Shown piece after piece: positions 28,738-37,633 of a stretch of DNA of 64,000 nucleotides. The position numbers and the translations under genes were made by a program. The stretch comes from Tepidisphaera sp. (GTDB lineage Bacteria; Planctomycetota; Phycisphaerae; Phycisphaerales; UBA1924): positions 1,472,001 to 1,536,000 of the forward strand of contig CP051526.1 of the NCBI GenBank assembly GCA_050916045.1, given 5' to 3'. The notes beneath the pieces are model-generated. The model was not told where the DNA came from, did no database searches, and was given only the letters and a program-made list of their open reading frames with translations. Each line of letters starts with the position of its first letter. The stretch's first letter is position 1.

Positions 28738-29229
28738 ATGATGAACCGATTGCAAGCAGTTCTGGTGGTGGCGGGTGCGACGTTCGTTTGCTATGGGTTT
28801 TTGGCGACATCAAAGGGAGTGCAAACGGCAAGTCCTGATGCAGCTTCTGATGCAGCTTCTGATGCAGCTTCTGATGCAGCATTTGGTGTGGCGCTCACGA
28901 ACGGATCCAAAGCCGAGCTACGCGGAGCGGACACCGGAGGCGGCACCACGAAGAAGTGCTTGGTGCCGGGTCCGACCATTGGTTGCCCAGGGAAAGCCTG
29001 TGGTTCCGGCGTCACAACGTGCGTCATCTGCACCAACGCGATCGTTCCTGCGAACGACGAGTGCAGCTCAGCGGGCACGCTTGGTGCCTGCACGACGGTG
29101 ACGGTTGTAAGCTGTGCGAACTTCACGCCTCCAAATAACGGCACAAAGGGGTATTGCTCAGCCGGACTGTGCATTCCGTACAATCCGGCGATTACAGTGT
29201 CGTGCGGTGTGTACGCGACCTGTCCATAG
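28738..29229 (+). CDS. Secreted Cys-rich precursor: signal peptide, acidic pro-region, ELRGA leader end, 12-Cys core
   Basis: AAGG RBS; hydrophobic N-terminus; (DAAS)3DAA repeat; LTNGSKAELRGA then a 99-aa core with 12 Cys; AT-richer than host genes. Confidence 0.75.
   Translation: MMNRLQAVLVVAGATFVCYGFLATSKGVQTASPDAASDAASDAASDAAFGVALTNGSKAELRGADTGGGTTKKCLVPGPTIGCPGKACGSGVTTCVICTNAIVPANDECSSAGTLGACTTVTVVSCANFTPPNNGTKGYCSAGLCIPYNPAITVSCGVYATCP
28835..28880 (+). repeat. In-frame 12-bp tandem repeat CTGATGCAGCTT (three copies plus a 10-bp partial)
   Basis: Perfect copies encoding DAAS in the pro-region. Confidence 0.9.
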
Positions 29230-29321
29230 TCCGCTCGGGCGGGCTGTGTTCCTCAGATGGTGTTGGGAAGGAAGTCAGGGTGTCCCGTCAAGGGCCTTTC
29301 TCGGAACGGTGCAAGGAGACG

Positions 29322-30485
29322 ATGATGCGAATGTTGAGTTCCTCACCAATCTTGCTGGCGGCGACGCTCATCGCGGCCCCGACCGTGGCTCCGATCACGG
29401 CCCTCGCGGTCAATCCTCCGGACGTCCGGGAAGTTGCCGCCGAAGTGCGGGCGATGCGGGGACTCTTCGACGGGGTCTCGGTCTCGTACATGGTCGAGAA
29501 GCGGGCGTTCACCAGCGAAGCGATGACGGACATTCAAACGCAGCGATTCTCATGCGAGATTTCGGTTCGGGAAGGGCGTAAACGCCTCCGCCAAACCGCG
29601 TACGACATGAATCAGCCGATCGGCACGGGGCCCAGCCGCACCGGCACGGCTTTCTTCGACGGTCGCGACTCGTTCCGGCTCCTCGAGCGTCCGGCGAACG
29701 CTTCCTTTCCCGGAGCGCCGGTCTACGTCAAGCCAGGCTTCTGCGATTCGATCTTTCCGACATACATCCTGGATAACTTCGAGTCCGCGATCTGGGGTGA
29801 CATGGTCCGCCCGCTCGACGCCGCGATTGAATCAGGGACGTACGACGTGTCGATCTCCGCGACCCCCGAGACTGTCGGGGGACATTCGACCTGGACGCTG
29901 ACGCTTCGCTCTTCGGCGGAGTCTGACGCTCGGACCTGGGAGGAGTGGAAAGTCTCCGTAGCGCCCGAGCTCGGAATGCTTCCGATTCGGAGCACGCTTG
30001 AGGTTCATCAGCCTGACGGAAGCGTGCAGTTCATCTCGGGCAAATGGGCCGAGGATTTCGTTCAGGCCAAGCCGGGCCTCTGGATTCCGCGGACAATCAC
30101 CTTCGGCGATCCTCGCAACCCCGGTGCCGAGACCTACACGCGGCTACAGGCGACGACGATCGGGGAAGCACCGCGAGCGGATGAATTACTCGCCGAGCTT
30201 ACCGACGGTCCGCGCGACATGATCGACTTTCGGACCAACGAACGATACTCGGTGGTCGATGGCCGGCCCGGACCCGCGCAACGGATCGCGGACGCTGCGG
30301 CTGTCCAACGCGAGCTGGACCAGTACATGAAGCAGACGGCTGAGGTTCGGCTCGCCGGTGCCTACACGCCGAATCGCGATGCAGGGATAGGAGCCCGCCC
30401 GGGCATGTCGAGCGTGGCGTGGGTCGCGGCCGGTCTTGGCTGCGTCGCGGCGGTGCTGGTCCTGAGAGCCGTCCGCAAAAGCTGA
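29322..30485 (+). CDS. Exported protein with a C-terminal membrane anchor (possible LolA-like beta fold)
   Basis: AAGGAG RBS; signal peptide; beta-strand-rich body (WKVSVAPELGMLPIRSTL, GLWIPRTIT); C-terminal VAWVAAGLGCVAAVLVLRAVRKS. Confidence 0.7.
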   Translation: MMRMLSSSPILLAATLIAAPTVAPITALAVNPPDVREVAAEVRAMRGLFDGVSVSYMVEKRAFTSEAMTDIQTQRFSCEISVREGRKRLRQTAYDMNQPIGTGPSRTGTAFFDGRDSFRLLERPANASFPGAPVYVKPGFCDSIFPTYILDNFESAIWGDMVRPLDAAIESGTYDVSISATPETVGGHSTWTLTLRSSAESDARTWEEWKVSVAPELGMLPIRSTLEVHQPDGSVQFISGKWAEDFVQAKPGLWIPRTITFGDPRNPGAETYTRLQATTIGEAPRADELLAELTDGPRDMIDFRTNERYSVVDGRPGPAQRIADAAAVQRELDQYMKQTAEVRLAGAYTPNRDAGIGARPGMSSVAWVAAGLGCVAAVLVLRAVRKS

Positions 30486-30665
30486 GCCAGAACGGTCGAA
30501 AGTCTCCGGTGGGCAAAGCGTGTGAGGAACGCTGGCGATTGGCCACTCCGCTGCCCCATTCGACGCGGCGAGATTCAACGGGATGGTCGCTGTGCGGTCG
30601 CGAAGGGCTCGCTTGCCATTCCTGCGCCCCAGCCTGCTCCGGCAGCGTGTCAAGAGGTGCTCTCC

Positions 30666-32186
30666 ATGCGACGAAAGCTGCTGTGCGCGGTGGCGTGTAT
30701 CGGGCTGGTCGCCCAAGCCGCTCCCCAGCTCCAGGTCCGCCCTCAGGCCGAGGTCATGGTGCCCGCTCAGGGGTGCGGCGCGGTCGCGATGTACCTGTAC
30801 ATGAAAGCCGTTGGTGTGGACGTGGACTACGCGGCCTGTGCGCGCGAACTGGGTGAATCAGGGGCCGGGGTTTCGGTGGCCGAGATGGAGAGTGCTGCCG
30901 CGGCGCTGGGATCTCCGCTTGTCGGCAGGTCGGTCTCGCGTCGCGAACTCGAGGGTGTCCGCGTTCCGCTCATCATGCTGACGCCGCCTCGCTATTCGCA
31001 GAGGGCACCCGGCGGCGCGATCATGTCGATCGGGCACTATGTGGCCGTTCTGCCGACAGGCGAGAGGGACTGGATCATCCTTGACTTTCCGGCTGCGAAG
31101 CCGCTTCGAGTCGACACCATGGGCTTGTGGAAAGCCATCGGTATCGACGAGAGCTCCCACGCCGTGGTGCTCGGGAGCGCCAAGCCCGCCGGTGGTGCCG
31201 GTGATGCTCCGCTCTCCGCGTACATGGCACAGCCCGCCGCGATACCGGCGCGAAGCGTTGCCGAGTCGGTCCACGACGCGGGCTTTGCTGATTGTCCCTT
31301 CGGAAAGCCGCGAACCGAGCACCTCGTCGATCTCTCGGCTCGATGGGCCGGAGAACACGCCCCGCTCCGCCTTGTGATCCGGAATGTGAGCTCACGCCCC
31401 ATCCTCCTCCGATCGGGCGAAGCATCGTGCTCTTGCATGAAGCTCTCCGCTCCTGAGAGCGTGATCCAGCCGGGGCAGTCGGCGGAGTGCTTCGGGGCGA
31501 TCACGACGGCGGTCGGCATGGACCGCAAGCCCGAATGGTCGGATCTCATCGCGACCTACGCGGATGATGGATCGCACGCGGGCTCGCTGAGGCTTGTGAT
31601 CAGAGCCGACGTGCGACTTCCGGTGATCGTCGAGCCGTCGACGGTCGCGTTCGGTCGCCTCTCGCCGTTTGATGCGGCCGAACCCATCCTCGTCAGGATC
31701 AGGCACCTGCGCGGGGAGGAGCTCGAACTGGTCGGTTCCTCGGACCCCGCATTCGAAGCGAAGCTGGTCGGCCGATCCGGCTCGCAAGCAACCATCGAGG
31801 TGTGGCCGAAGGTTCCCGCCTCGGCTTTCGGATACCGAAGGGCGGGCATTCATCTCGCAACAGCATCCCCCGAATCGACGAGGATCGAGATTCCGGTGGA
31901 AGCGACGTTTCTCGCTCCCCTCGAGCTTTCGCCGCAAGTAGCCGTGCTCGATCAGGCTTCGGGACCGGTTCTGGTTCGGGCTCGGGCGGTGGGGGATGGG
32001 GAGATACAGATCCAGCGAGTCGAGGGGCTTGTCGGGGTCGGTGCGGTTGTTGGTCCCGGCGGAGCGATCGAGTTGCGTCGTCTGGTCGGAGCGGAGGCAC
32101 CGCGTATCCAGCGGGCGACCGTCTTCGCACGGGTGGCGTCTCGGAGCGAATCGCTCCAAGCGGATCTGATCGTGATTGTCCGATGA
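30666..32186 (+). CDS. Exported C39-family cysteine peptidase fused to DUF1573/Ig-like domains
   Basis: Signal peptide MRRKLLCAVACIGLVAQA; QGCGAVAM (Cys), GHYVAV (His), IILDFP (Asp); IRNVSSRPILL...SCSC...IQPGQS (DUF1573). Confidence 0.8.
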   Translation: MRRKLLCAVACIGLVAQAAPQLQVRPQAEVMVPAQGCGAVAMYLYMKAVGVDVDYAACARELGESGAGVSVAEMESAAAALGSPLVGRSVSRRELEGVRVPLIMLTPPRYSQRAPGGAIMSIGHYVAVLPTGERDWIILDFPAAKPLRVDTMGLWKAIGIDESSHAVVLGSAKPAGGAGDAPLSAYMAQPAAIPARSVAESVHDAGFADCPFGKPRTEHLVDLSARWAGEHAPLRLVIRNVSSRPILLRSGEASCSCMKLSAPESVIQPGQSAECFGAITTAVGMDRKPEWSDLIATYADDGSHAGSLRLVIRADVRLPVIVEPSTVAFGRLSPFDAAEPILVRIRHLRGEELELVGSSDPAFEAKLVGRSGSQATIEVWPKVPASAFGYRRAGIHLATASPESTRIEIPVEATFLAPLELSPQVAVLDQASGPVLVRARAVGDGEIQIQRVEGLVGVGAVVGPGGAIELRRLVGAEAPRIQRATVFARVASRSESLQADLIVIVR

Positions 32187-32222
32187 CAGCCGAGCGTCGC
32201 CGCACTCCGCATATCCTGAGGC

Positions 32223-32993
32223 ATGCGGACCAAAGAAGAGATCGTCCGGGACTGGCTGCCTCGGTACACGGGTCGCAAGCTCGAAGACTGGGGGCAGTAC
32301 ATCCTGCTCACGAACTTCTCAGAGTACGTCGAACGATTCGCGGCGAGGTTCAAGGTCCCCATCATCGGAGCGGGCAGACCGATGCAGTCGGCTTCCGCCG
32401 AGAACATCACGATCCTCAATTTCGGCATGGGGTCCGCGATGGCGGCGACGGTGATGGACCTGCTCGCCGCCGTCGAGCCTCAGGCCGTGCTTTTCCTGGG
32501 CAAGTGCGGGGGCCTCAAGCGGACGAAGGTGGGGGACTTCATCCTGCCCATCGCGGCGATCCGCGGCGAGGGCACAAGCAACGACTATCTGCCGCCGGAG
32601 GTGCCGGCGCTGCCGAGCTTCCGTTTGCAGCGGGCGGTGTCGCAAGCGATCGTCGAGCACAAGTGCGACTACTGGACGGGCACGGTGTACACGACCAACC
32701 GCCGCGTGTGGGAGCACGACGAGAAGTTCAAGGAATACTTGCGGCACATCCGCGCGGCCGCAATCGACATGGAGACCGCGACGATCTTCCTCGTCGGGTT
32801 CGTGAACAAGATCCCCAAGGGAGCGCTGCTCCTGGTGTCGGACAACCCGATGACGCCCGAGGGGGTCAAGACCGCCGCCAATGACATCACCGTGAGCGAA
32901 GCGTTTGTCGAGAAGCACCTCGCGATCGGCATCGACGCGATCATCGACCTCCGCGACAGCGGCGAGAGCGTCAAGCACCTGCGGTTTGAGTGA
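32223..32993 (+). CDS. amn: AMP nucleosidase (short type)
   Basis: MRTKEEIVRDWLPRYTG, YILLTNF, NFGMGS, FLGKCGGL, YTTNRRVWEHD, IDMETAT. Confidence 0.93.
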   Translation: MRTKEEIVRDWLPRYTGRKLEDWGQYILLTNFSEYVERFAARFKVPIIGAGRPMQSASAENITILNFGMGSAMAATVMDLLAAVEPQAVLFLGKCGGLKRTKVGDFILPIAAIRGEGTSNDYLPPEVPALPSFRLQRAVSQAIVEHKCDYWTGTVYTTNRRVWEHDEKFKEYLRHIRAAAIDMETATIFLVGFVNKIPKGALLLVSDNPMTPEGVKTAANDITVSEAFVEKHLAIGIDAIIDLRDSGESVKHLRFE

Positions 32994-33108
32994 CCGGGGC
33001 GACTCTTCCTCCGCGAAAGGCGAGCCGGAAACAACGACGCCGCTCTCTTGAGGCATGAGCGGCGTCGCGGAGGGCGTGGTTGTCGGTCAAACAGGTGTAC
33101 CGGCGGAG

Positions 33109-33516
33109 TCAGCAGCCGGTTTCAAAGGCTCCGACGAACTCGTCGTAATCGAAGAAGTCGACGAACTGGTCGTTGTTGAAGTCCGCCGTCCTGCCCGGAG
33201 GGCAGACGCCGGTCTCGTAGCAGCCGACGTAATCGTCGTAGTCGAAGAAGTCCAGGAAGCCGTCGCCGTTGAAGTCCGCCGGGCAGCCCGGAGGCTGGGA
33301 CGCGCCGGTCCAGTACCCGCCGGTCAAGGTGAAGATTCCGCCCGACATGGCCGGGCCGGCGTCGGGCTGGCCGATCGTGCCGCTCAGCGAGTAAATGCCG
33401 CCCAAGGAGGTGCCGCCGCCGCCGTCGATGGTGGACCAGTTGATCTCGTAAGGCTGGGCCAGCGAGGGGCTTGCGAGAGCGATGAGGCCGAAGATGCCGG
33501 CGAGGGTGTGCTTCAT
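33109..33516 (-). CDS. Small secreted protein with a GC-type dockerin-like domain
   Basis: Signal peptide; YEINWSTIDGGGGTS..YSLSGTIGQPDAG..LTGGYW module; CPADFNGDGFLDFFDYD...ETGC. Confidence 0.85.
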   Translation of the reverse strand: MKHTLAGIFGLIALASPSLAQPYEINWSTIDGGGGTSLGGIYSLSGTIGQPDAGPAMSGGIFTLTGGYWTGASQPPGCPADFNGDGFLDFFDYDDYVGCYETGVCPPGRTADFNNDQFVDFFDYDEFVGAFETGC

Positions 33517-33711
33517 GGGAGTCTCCATACCACTTTACACGATAATCATCGTCCTCAGCCCTCGGAAAAAGGCGGAAATCCGAAAAAACGCCCGAATCGC
33601 GGTGCGACCCGGCGGGCTCGCCGGGATTTGGAGGGCCCGGGGGGAGGAACGTCGGGTTGCGGTGGGGGGTGAAGTGCGGATGGGACGCCTAATCGCCCGA
33701 TATCCTCCGCC

Positions 33712-35154
33712 ATGCTCACACTCGACTACGCCAACTGTCTTTCCACCCGCGTCGGATCTCACGGCTTGGACCCTGCTCGTCTCGGCCCGGGGAGCGACCT
33801 TGCTCAGGCCGTGCAGGCCATGACCGCGTCGCTCGCCAAGACCCGGGGGAAGGGCTGGGAGCGGTGGCGCGAGCTTCCGTTCGGTGAGTTCCGAGCCGGG
33901 CACGTGGCGGCGGTGAACGAGGCGGTTGCGGCCTGCAGGGGAAGGTTCGATAACCTTGTGGTGCTCGGCATCGGCGGGTCGGCTTTGGGCAACATCGCGT
34001 TGCAAGCGTCGCTGAACACCCTGACGTACAACCTGCTCCCGGCGGAGAAGCGGCCGGGGCCGCGGATGTTCGTCGTGGACAACGTGGACCCGCACTACTT
34101 CGGAGCCGTGCTGGACCTCTGCCGGTCGAGTCCCGGTGGGCTGAAGCGGACGCTTTTCAACGTGGTGTCGAAGTCCGGCGAGACGGCGGAGACGGCTTCG
34201 CAGTTCATGGTGATCCGGGATGCGCTCAAGGCGGAACTGGGCGCGGAGTTCAAGCACAACATCGTCGCGGTGACGGACCCTGCGAAGGGGACGATGCGGC
34301 AGATCTGCGACAAGGACGGGTACACGACGCTTCCGGTGCCGGACGGCGTGGGCGGGCGGTTCAGCGTGCTTTCGCCGGTGGGGTTGTTCTCGGCGGCGAT
34401 GTGCGGGATCGACATCAACGGCTTGCTCGACGGAGCGGCAGAGATGGATGCGAAGTGCTCGCTTTCGGACCTATCGAAGAACCCGGCGGCGATGCTGGCG
34501 GTGCTTCTGGTTGAGCTCGGGCAGACCAAGGGCAAGACGAATCACGTGATGATGCCGTACAGCAACTCGCTGTACCTGCTCGCGGACTGGTTCCGCCAGC
34601 TCTGGGCGGAGAGCCTGGGCAAGCAGTACGACACGCGGAAGCAGGAGGTCTTTGCGGGCTTTACGCCGATCAAGGCTCTGGGCGCGACGGACCAGCACAG
34701 CCAGGTGCAGCTTTATCGCGAGGGGCCGAACGACAAGGTGTTCGGCCTGATTGATGTGAAGAGCTTTGACCATCACGCTCCGGGCGGGCACGGCGAGGTG
34801 CAGATCCCGACGGGCCTGGGCATCGAAGCGACGAAGTATCTCGAGGGCAAGCGGATGGGCGACCTGCTCAACGCGGAGAAGCGTGCGACGGAGTGGGCGC
34901 TGGTCGAAAGCCAGCGGCCGAACTTCACGCTCACGTTCCCGCGGATCGATGCGAACCACGTCGGACAGTTCATCGCGCTGTGGGAGATCACGACGGCGTA
35001 CGCGGGCTTGATGCTCGGGATCGACGCGTACGACCAGCCGGCGGTCGAGCTCGGCAAGCAGGGGACGTTCGGCCTGATGGGCAAAGCGGGGTTCGAAGCG
35101 TTCAAGACGAGCGTGGAGAAGACGCTGGCGCCGAGCGGTCATGTGATCGCGTGA
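33712..35154 (+). CDS. pgi: Glucose-6-phosphate isomerase
   Basis: GIGGSALG, VSKSGETAET, VGGRFSVL, QLWAESLGK, DQHSQVQL, DQPAVELGK. Confidence 0.97.
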   Translation: MLTLDYANCLSTRVGSHGLDPARLGPGSDLAQAVQAMTASLAKTRGKGWERWRELPFGEFRAGHVAAVNEAVAACRGRFDNLVVLGIGGSALGNIALQASLNTLTYNLLPAEKRPGPRMFVVDNVDPHYFGAVLDLCRSSPGGLKRTLFNVVSKSGETAETASQFMVIRDALKAELGAEFKHNIVAVTDPAKGTMRQICDKDGYTTLPVPDGVGGRFSVLSPVGLFSAAMCGIDINGLLDGAAEMDAKCSLSDLSKNPAAMLAVLLVELGQTKGKTNHVMMPYSNSLYLLADWFRQLWAESLGKQYDTRKQEVFAGFTPIKALGATDQHSQVQLYREGPNDKVFGLIDVKSFDHHAPGGHGEVQIPTGLGIEATKYLEGKRMGDLLNAEKRATEWALVESQRPNFTLTFPRIDANHVGQFIALWEITTAYAGLMLGIDAYDQPAVELGKQGTFGLMGKAGFEAFKTSVEKTLAPSGHVIA

Positions 35155-35163
35155 CGACGGGGG

Positions 35164-35862
35164 GTGGGCTTGGTTCGCCGGGTCGTGATCTCTCTTGTCG
35201 CCGGGCTGCTCGCGACATTCGTCGTGCAGGCGGCTTGCTCGATTGTCAACAGGTCTTTGAGCGAATTTCGGGAGGATTATCGGAATCGGTGGTCGGTGTC
35301 GGAGGATGGCACGCAAGTCCTGTCCTTCCACAAGGCATCATGCTTCGGTTCGACGGCGTATGCGCTGAATCGCGAAGATCGCAGCACATGGGAGCAACGC
35401 AACGCCGACCTGGAGGAGAATCGACGAATCCCGCCATCACCATTCACGGGTCCTTCCTGGGTGAGGCAGCGGCTCGTCGCCGCTGAGAACACCGCTGTTC
35501 TTTCGAATTGGCAAACTGTCATACTTCGCGGATGGCCGATGCGCTCTGCGTGGCAACTGACGATCGACGGCAAGTCTGTCGAGAATAGGTCGTTGGCCGA
35601 CGGCATTTCGTTGGTGCCTTGGCTGGGGCGATCGAGTGATCCGAAGGCGCCGAACGCCCTTCAGATCGATTCCGCGCCCATTGCTCCGATCTGGAGCGGG
35701 TTGGCGTTCAACACCGGGTTTTATGCTCTCGCGTTCTTCGGGATCGTGACGATCGCTCCGAAGGTGCGTACGAGCCTCCGTCGTCGTCGCGGTCGGTGCG
35801 GCGGCTGCGGGTACGAACTCAGGCAACTCGGTGGGTGTCCGGAATGTGGTGAAGGTTCTTGA
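35164..35862 (+). CDS. Hypothetical membrane protein with a C-terminal Zn-ribbon
   Basis: Two TM segments; RGWPMRS, PIWSGLAFNT and RRRRGRCGGCGYEL...CPECG. Confidence 0.75.
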   Translation: MGLVRRVVISLVAGLLATFVVQAACSIVNRSLSEFREDYRNRWSVSEDGTQVLSFHKASCFGSTAYALNREDRSTWEQRNADLEENRRIPPSPFTGPSWVRQRLVAAENTAVLSNWQTVILRGWPMRSAWQLTIDGKSVENRSLADGISLVPWLGRSSDPKAPNALQIDSAPIAPIWSGLAFNTGFYALAFFGIVTIAPKVRTSLRRRRGRCGGCGYELRQLGGCPECGEGS

Positions 35863-35950
35863 AGCCTTTGCCAGAGGGAGCGGGTCGCGGGTGGGCTCGA
35901 TTTCGCTGGTCTATTGGCGTCGATGTGATGGCGTATCGGCGAGCGGGGAG

Positions 35951-36116
35951 CAGCCATTCAGGCTGCAGAAGACTGTTGCGTGCTATCCGGGGGTGTCGCT
36001 CGAAGACTCGCTCCACGCCCCGGCTATGTCCGACCAACCCTTCGGGTTGAAAGATAAAACCCCTCATCCCCCGCTGACGCGGGTGCTTCTCCCATCGAAG
36101 CGACTGGGCGAAGGGG
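35951..36116. repeat. Cluster of REP-like palindromic elements between convergent genes
   Basis: CAGCC-ATTCA-GGCTG, CCGGGG..CCCCGG and CAACCC-TTC-GGGTTG hairpins; then CCCCTCATCC-CCCGC-TGAC-GCGGG-TGCTTCTCCC...GGGCGAAGGGG. Confidence 0.55.
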
Positions 36117-36119
36117 AAC

Positions 36120-36986
36120 TTACTGTCGCATGCGGGGGGATTCGGCCCAGCGGAGCTTGCTCGTGAGAGCGGCCCAGAAGTCGTGACGCGGGTTGACGGC
36201 GAAGTGGACCGTGCGCTGTGAGCGGCGGATCGAAACGACGGTGCCGGTCTTGACCGGCGTCATCACCTGTCCGTCGAGGATCAGCGTTGTGCCGCATTCG
36301 GCGTCCTCGTTGGCTCGCAGGACGTGCAGGTCGACCATCGCGGAACCCGGAACGACGAGCGGGCGGAACGAGAGCGAGTGCGGCGCGATCGGCGTGATGA
36401 TCATCGCGTCGACCGTGGGAGCCATGATGGGCCCGCCGGCGGAGAGGTTGTACGCGGTCGAGCCCGTGGGGGCAGAGACGATGAGGCCGTCGCCGTGGAA
36501 GATCGGGCCGGGGCGGCCGTCGATGGTGAGGGCGAGGCGGATGACGCGGAAGGGGCTGCCCGCGGTGATGACGGCTTCGTTGAGGGCGACGCCCTTGTCG
36601 GTCTGGCCGCCGTCGGGGCCTCTCGCGGTGACGGAGAGGAGCGAAGCCGTCCGCGAGGGGATGGGCTTGTCCCCGAAGAGCTCGGGAGCGACCTCGGGGA
36701 GCAGATGAAGCTCGAACTCAGCGATGAATCCGAGGCGGCCGAAGTTGACGCCGAGCATGGGCACCGGCAGGCCGGCCAAGCGGCGGGCGACGCCGAGGAT
36801 GCTGCCATCGCCGCCGAGCACGACGACCAACCCGGCTTTCTCGGCCAGTTCGCGCAGGTTGTCGGCGCCGGAGCCGATCTCGGCGAGGAGCGAGCCGTGC
36901 TGGCGAATGAGCTGAGCGACCGCCTGGGCGGAAGCGGCGGCTTCGGGGCGATCGCGGTTCACGACGAGGAGGACCTGGCGTGGCAT
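36120..36986 (-). CDS. nadK: NAD(+) kinase
   Basis: VLGGDGSIL, GVNFGRLGF, ALNEAV, GDGLIVSAPTGSTAYNLSAGGP. Confidence 0.95.
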   Translation of the reverse strand: MPRQVLLVVNRDRPEAAASAQAVAQLIRQHGSLLAEIGSGADNLRELAEKAGLVVVLGGDGSILGVARRLAGLPVPMLGVNFGRLGFIAEFELHLLPEVAPELFGDKPIPSRTASLLSVTARGPDGGQTDKGVALNEAVITAGSPFRVIRLALTIDGRPGPIFHGDGLIVSAPTGSTAYNLSAGGPIMAPTVDAMIITPIAPHSLSFRPLVVPGSAMVDLHVLRANEDAECGTTLILDGQVMTPVKTGTVVSIRRSQRTVHFAVNPRHDFWAALTSKLRWAESPRMRQ

Positions 36987-37070
36987 GGGTGAGTGTAAGG
37001 GCGGAGGGTCGGGACTTGCGGGGTGGGGCGCTCGGGGTCGCGGCGGGCCCGACGCTCGGGCGTGGCCGGT

Positions 37071-37631
37071 CTACCGGAGCGGGTGCTTGGAGGTTTCGGC
37101 GCGAGCGGTGTTCCACGCGACCATCGCGGGCGGGTGGTCCTTGATGAACTTGACGAGCTGGCTGACGGTGCAGCAGAGACGCGTGGCGGCTTTGTGCTCG
37201 TCGTAGCCGCAGGCGTGGATGTTGTCGAGAGCTTCGGCGAGGATCGAGGGAAAGTCGGCGTGCGAAGGGTTGCAGGAGATGCGTTTGCCCTGGCAGCGGG
37301 ACTTCCAGAGCGAGCTCCGGGCGTCTCCCCACGCGTCGCCCTTTGGCAGGGCACAGCGGACCTCGGTCGCGAGGGCGAGGCGCAAGCGGAAGAGGGCGAC
37401 CTGGCGGTTGTCCTCGGCCGAGCGGCGCTCGCCCGCGTGGGCTTCGACGCCGGTTGGGGTGTGGGTGATCCAGACGAGCGTTTCGACCTTGTTGCGGTGC
37501 TGACCGCCGGGTCCGGAGGCGCGGCTTCGGCCCCATTCGCAGTGCTTCATGAGCTCCGCTTCGTCCATGGCGGCGGGGTGCGGGTACCTTGGGCCCTTGG
37601 GAGTCGCGGAGCTCTGCGAGGTCTGGTGCAT
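37071..37631 (-). CDS. Peptide chain release factor-like (GGQ) protein
   Basis: RASGPGGQHRNKVET..ITHTPTGV...ERRSAEDNR..ALFRLR; ATG 2 bp after the tsaD stop. Confidence 0.88.
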   Translation of the reverse strand: MHQTSQSSATPKGPRYPHPAAMDEAELMKHCEWGRSRASGPGGQHRNKVETLVWITHTPTGVEAHAGERRSAEDNRQVALFRLRLALATEVRCALPKGDAWGDARSSLWKSRCQGKRISCNPSHADFPSILAEALDNIHACGYDEHKAATRLCCTVSQLVKFIKDHPPAMVAWNTARAETSKHPLR

Positions 37632-37633
37632 GG

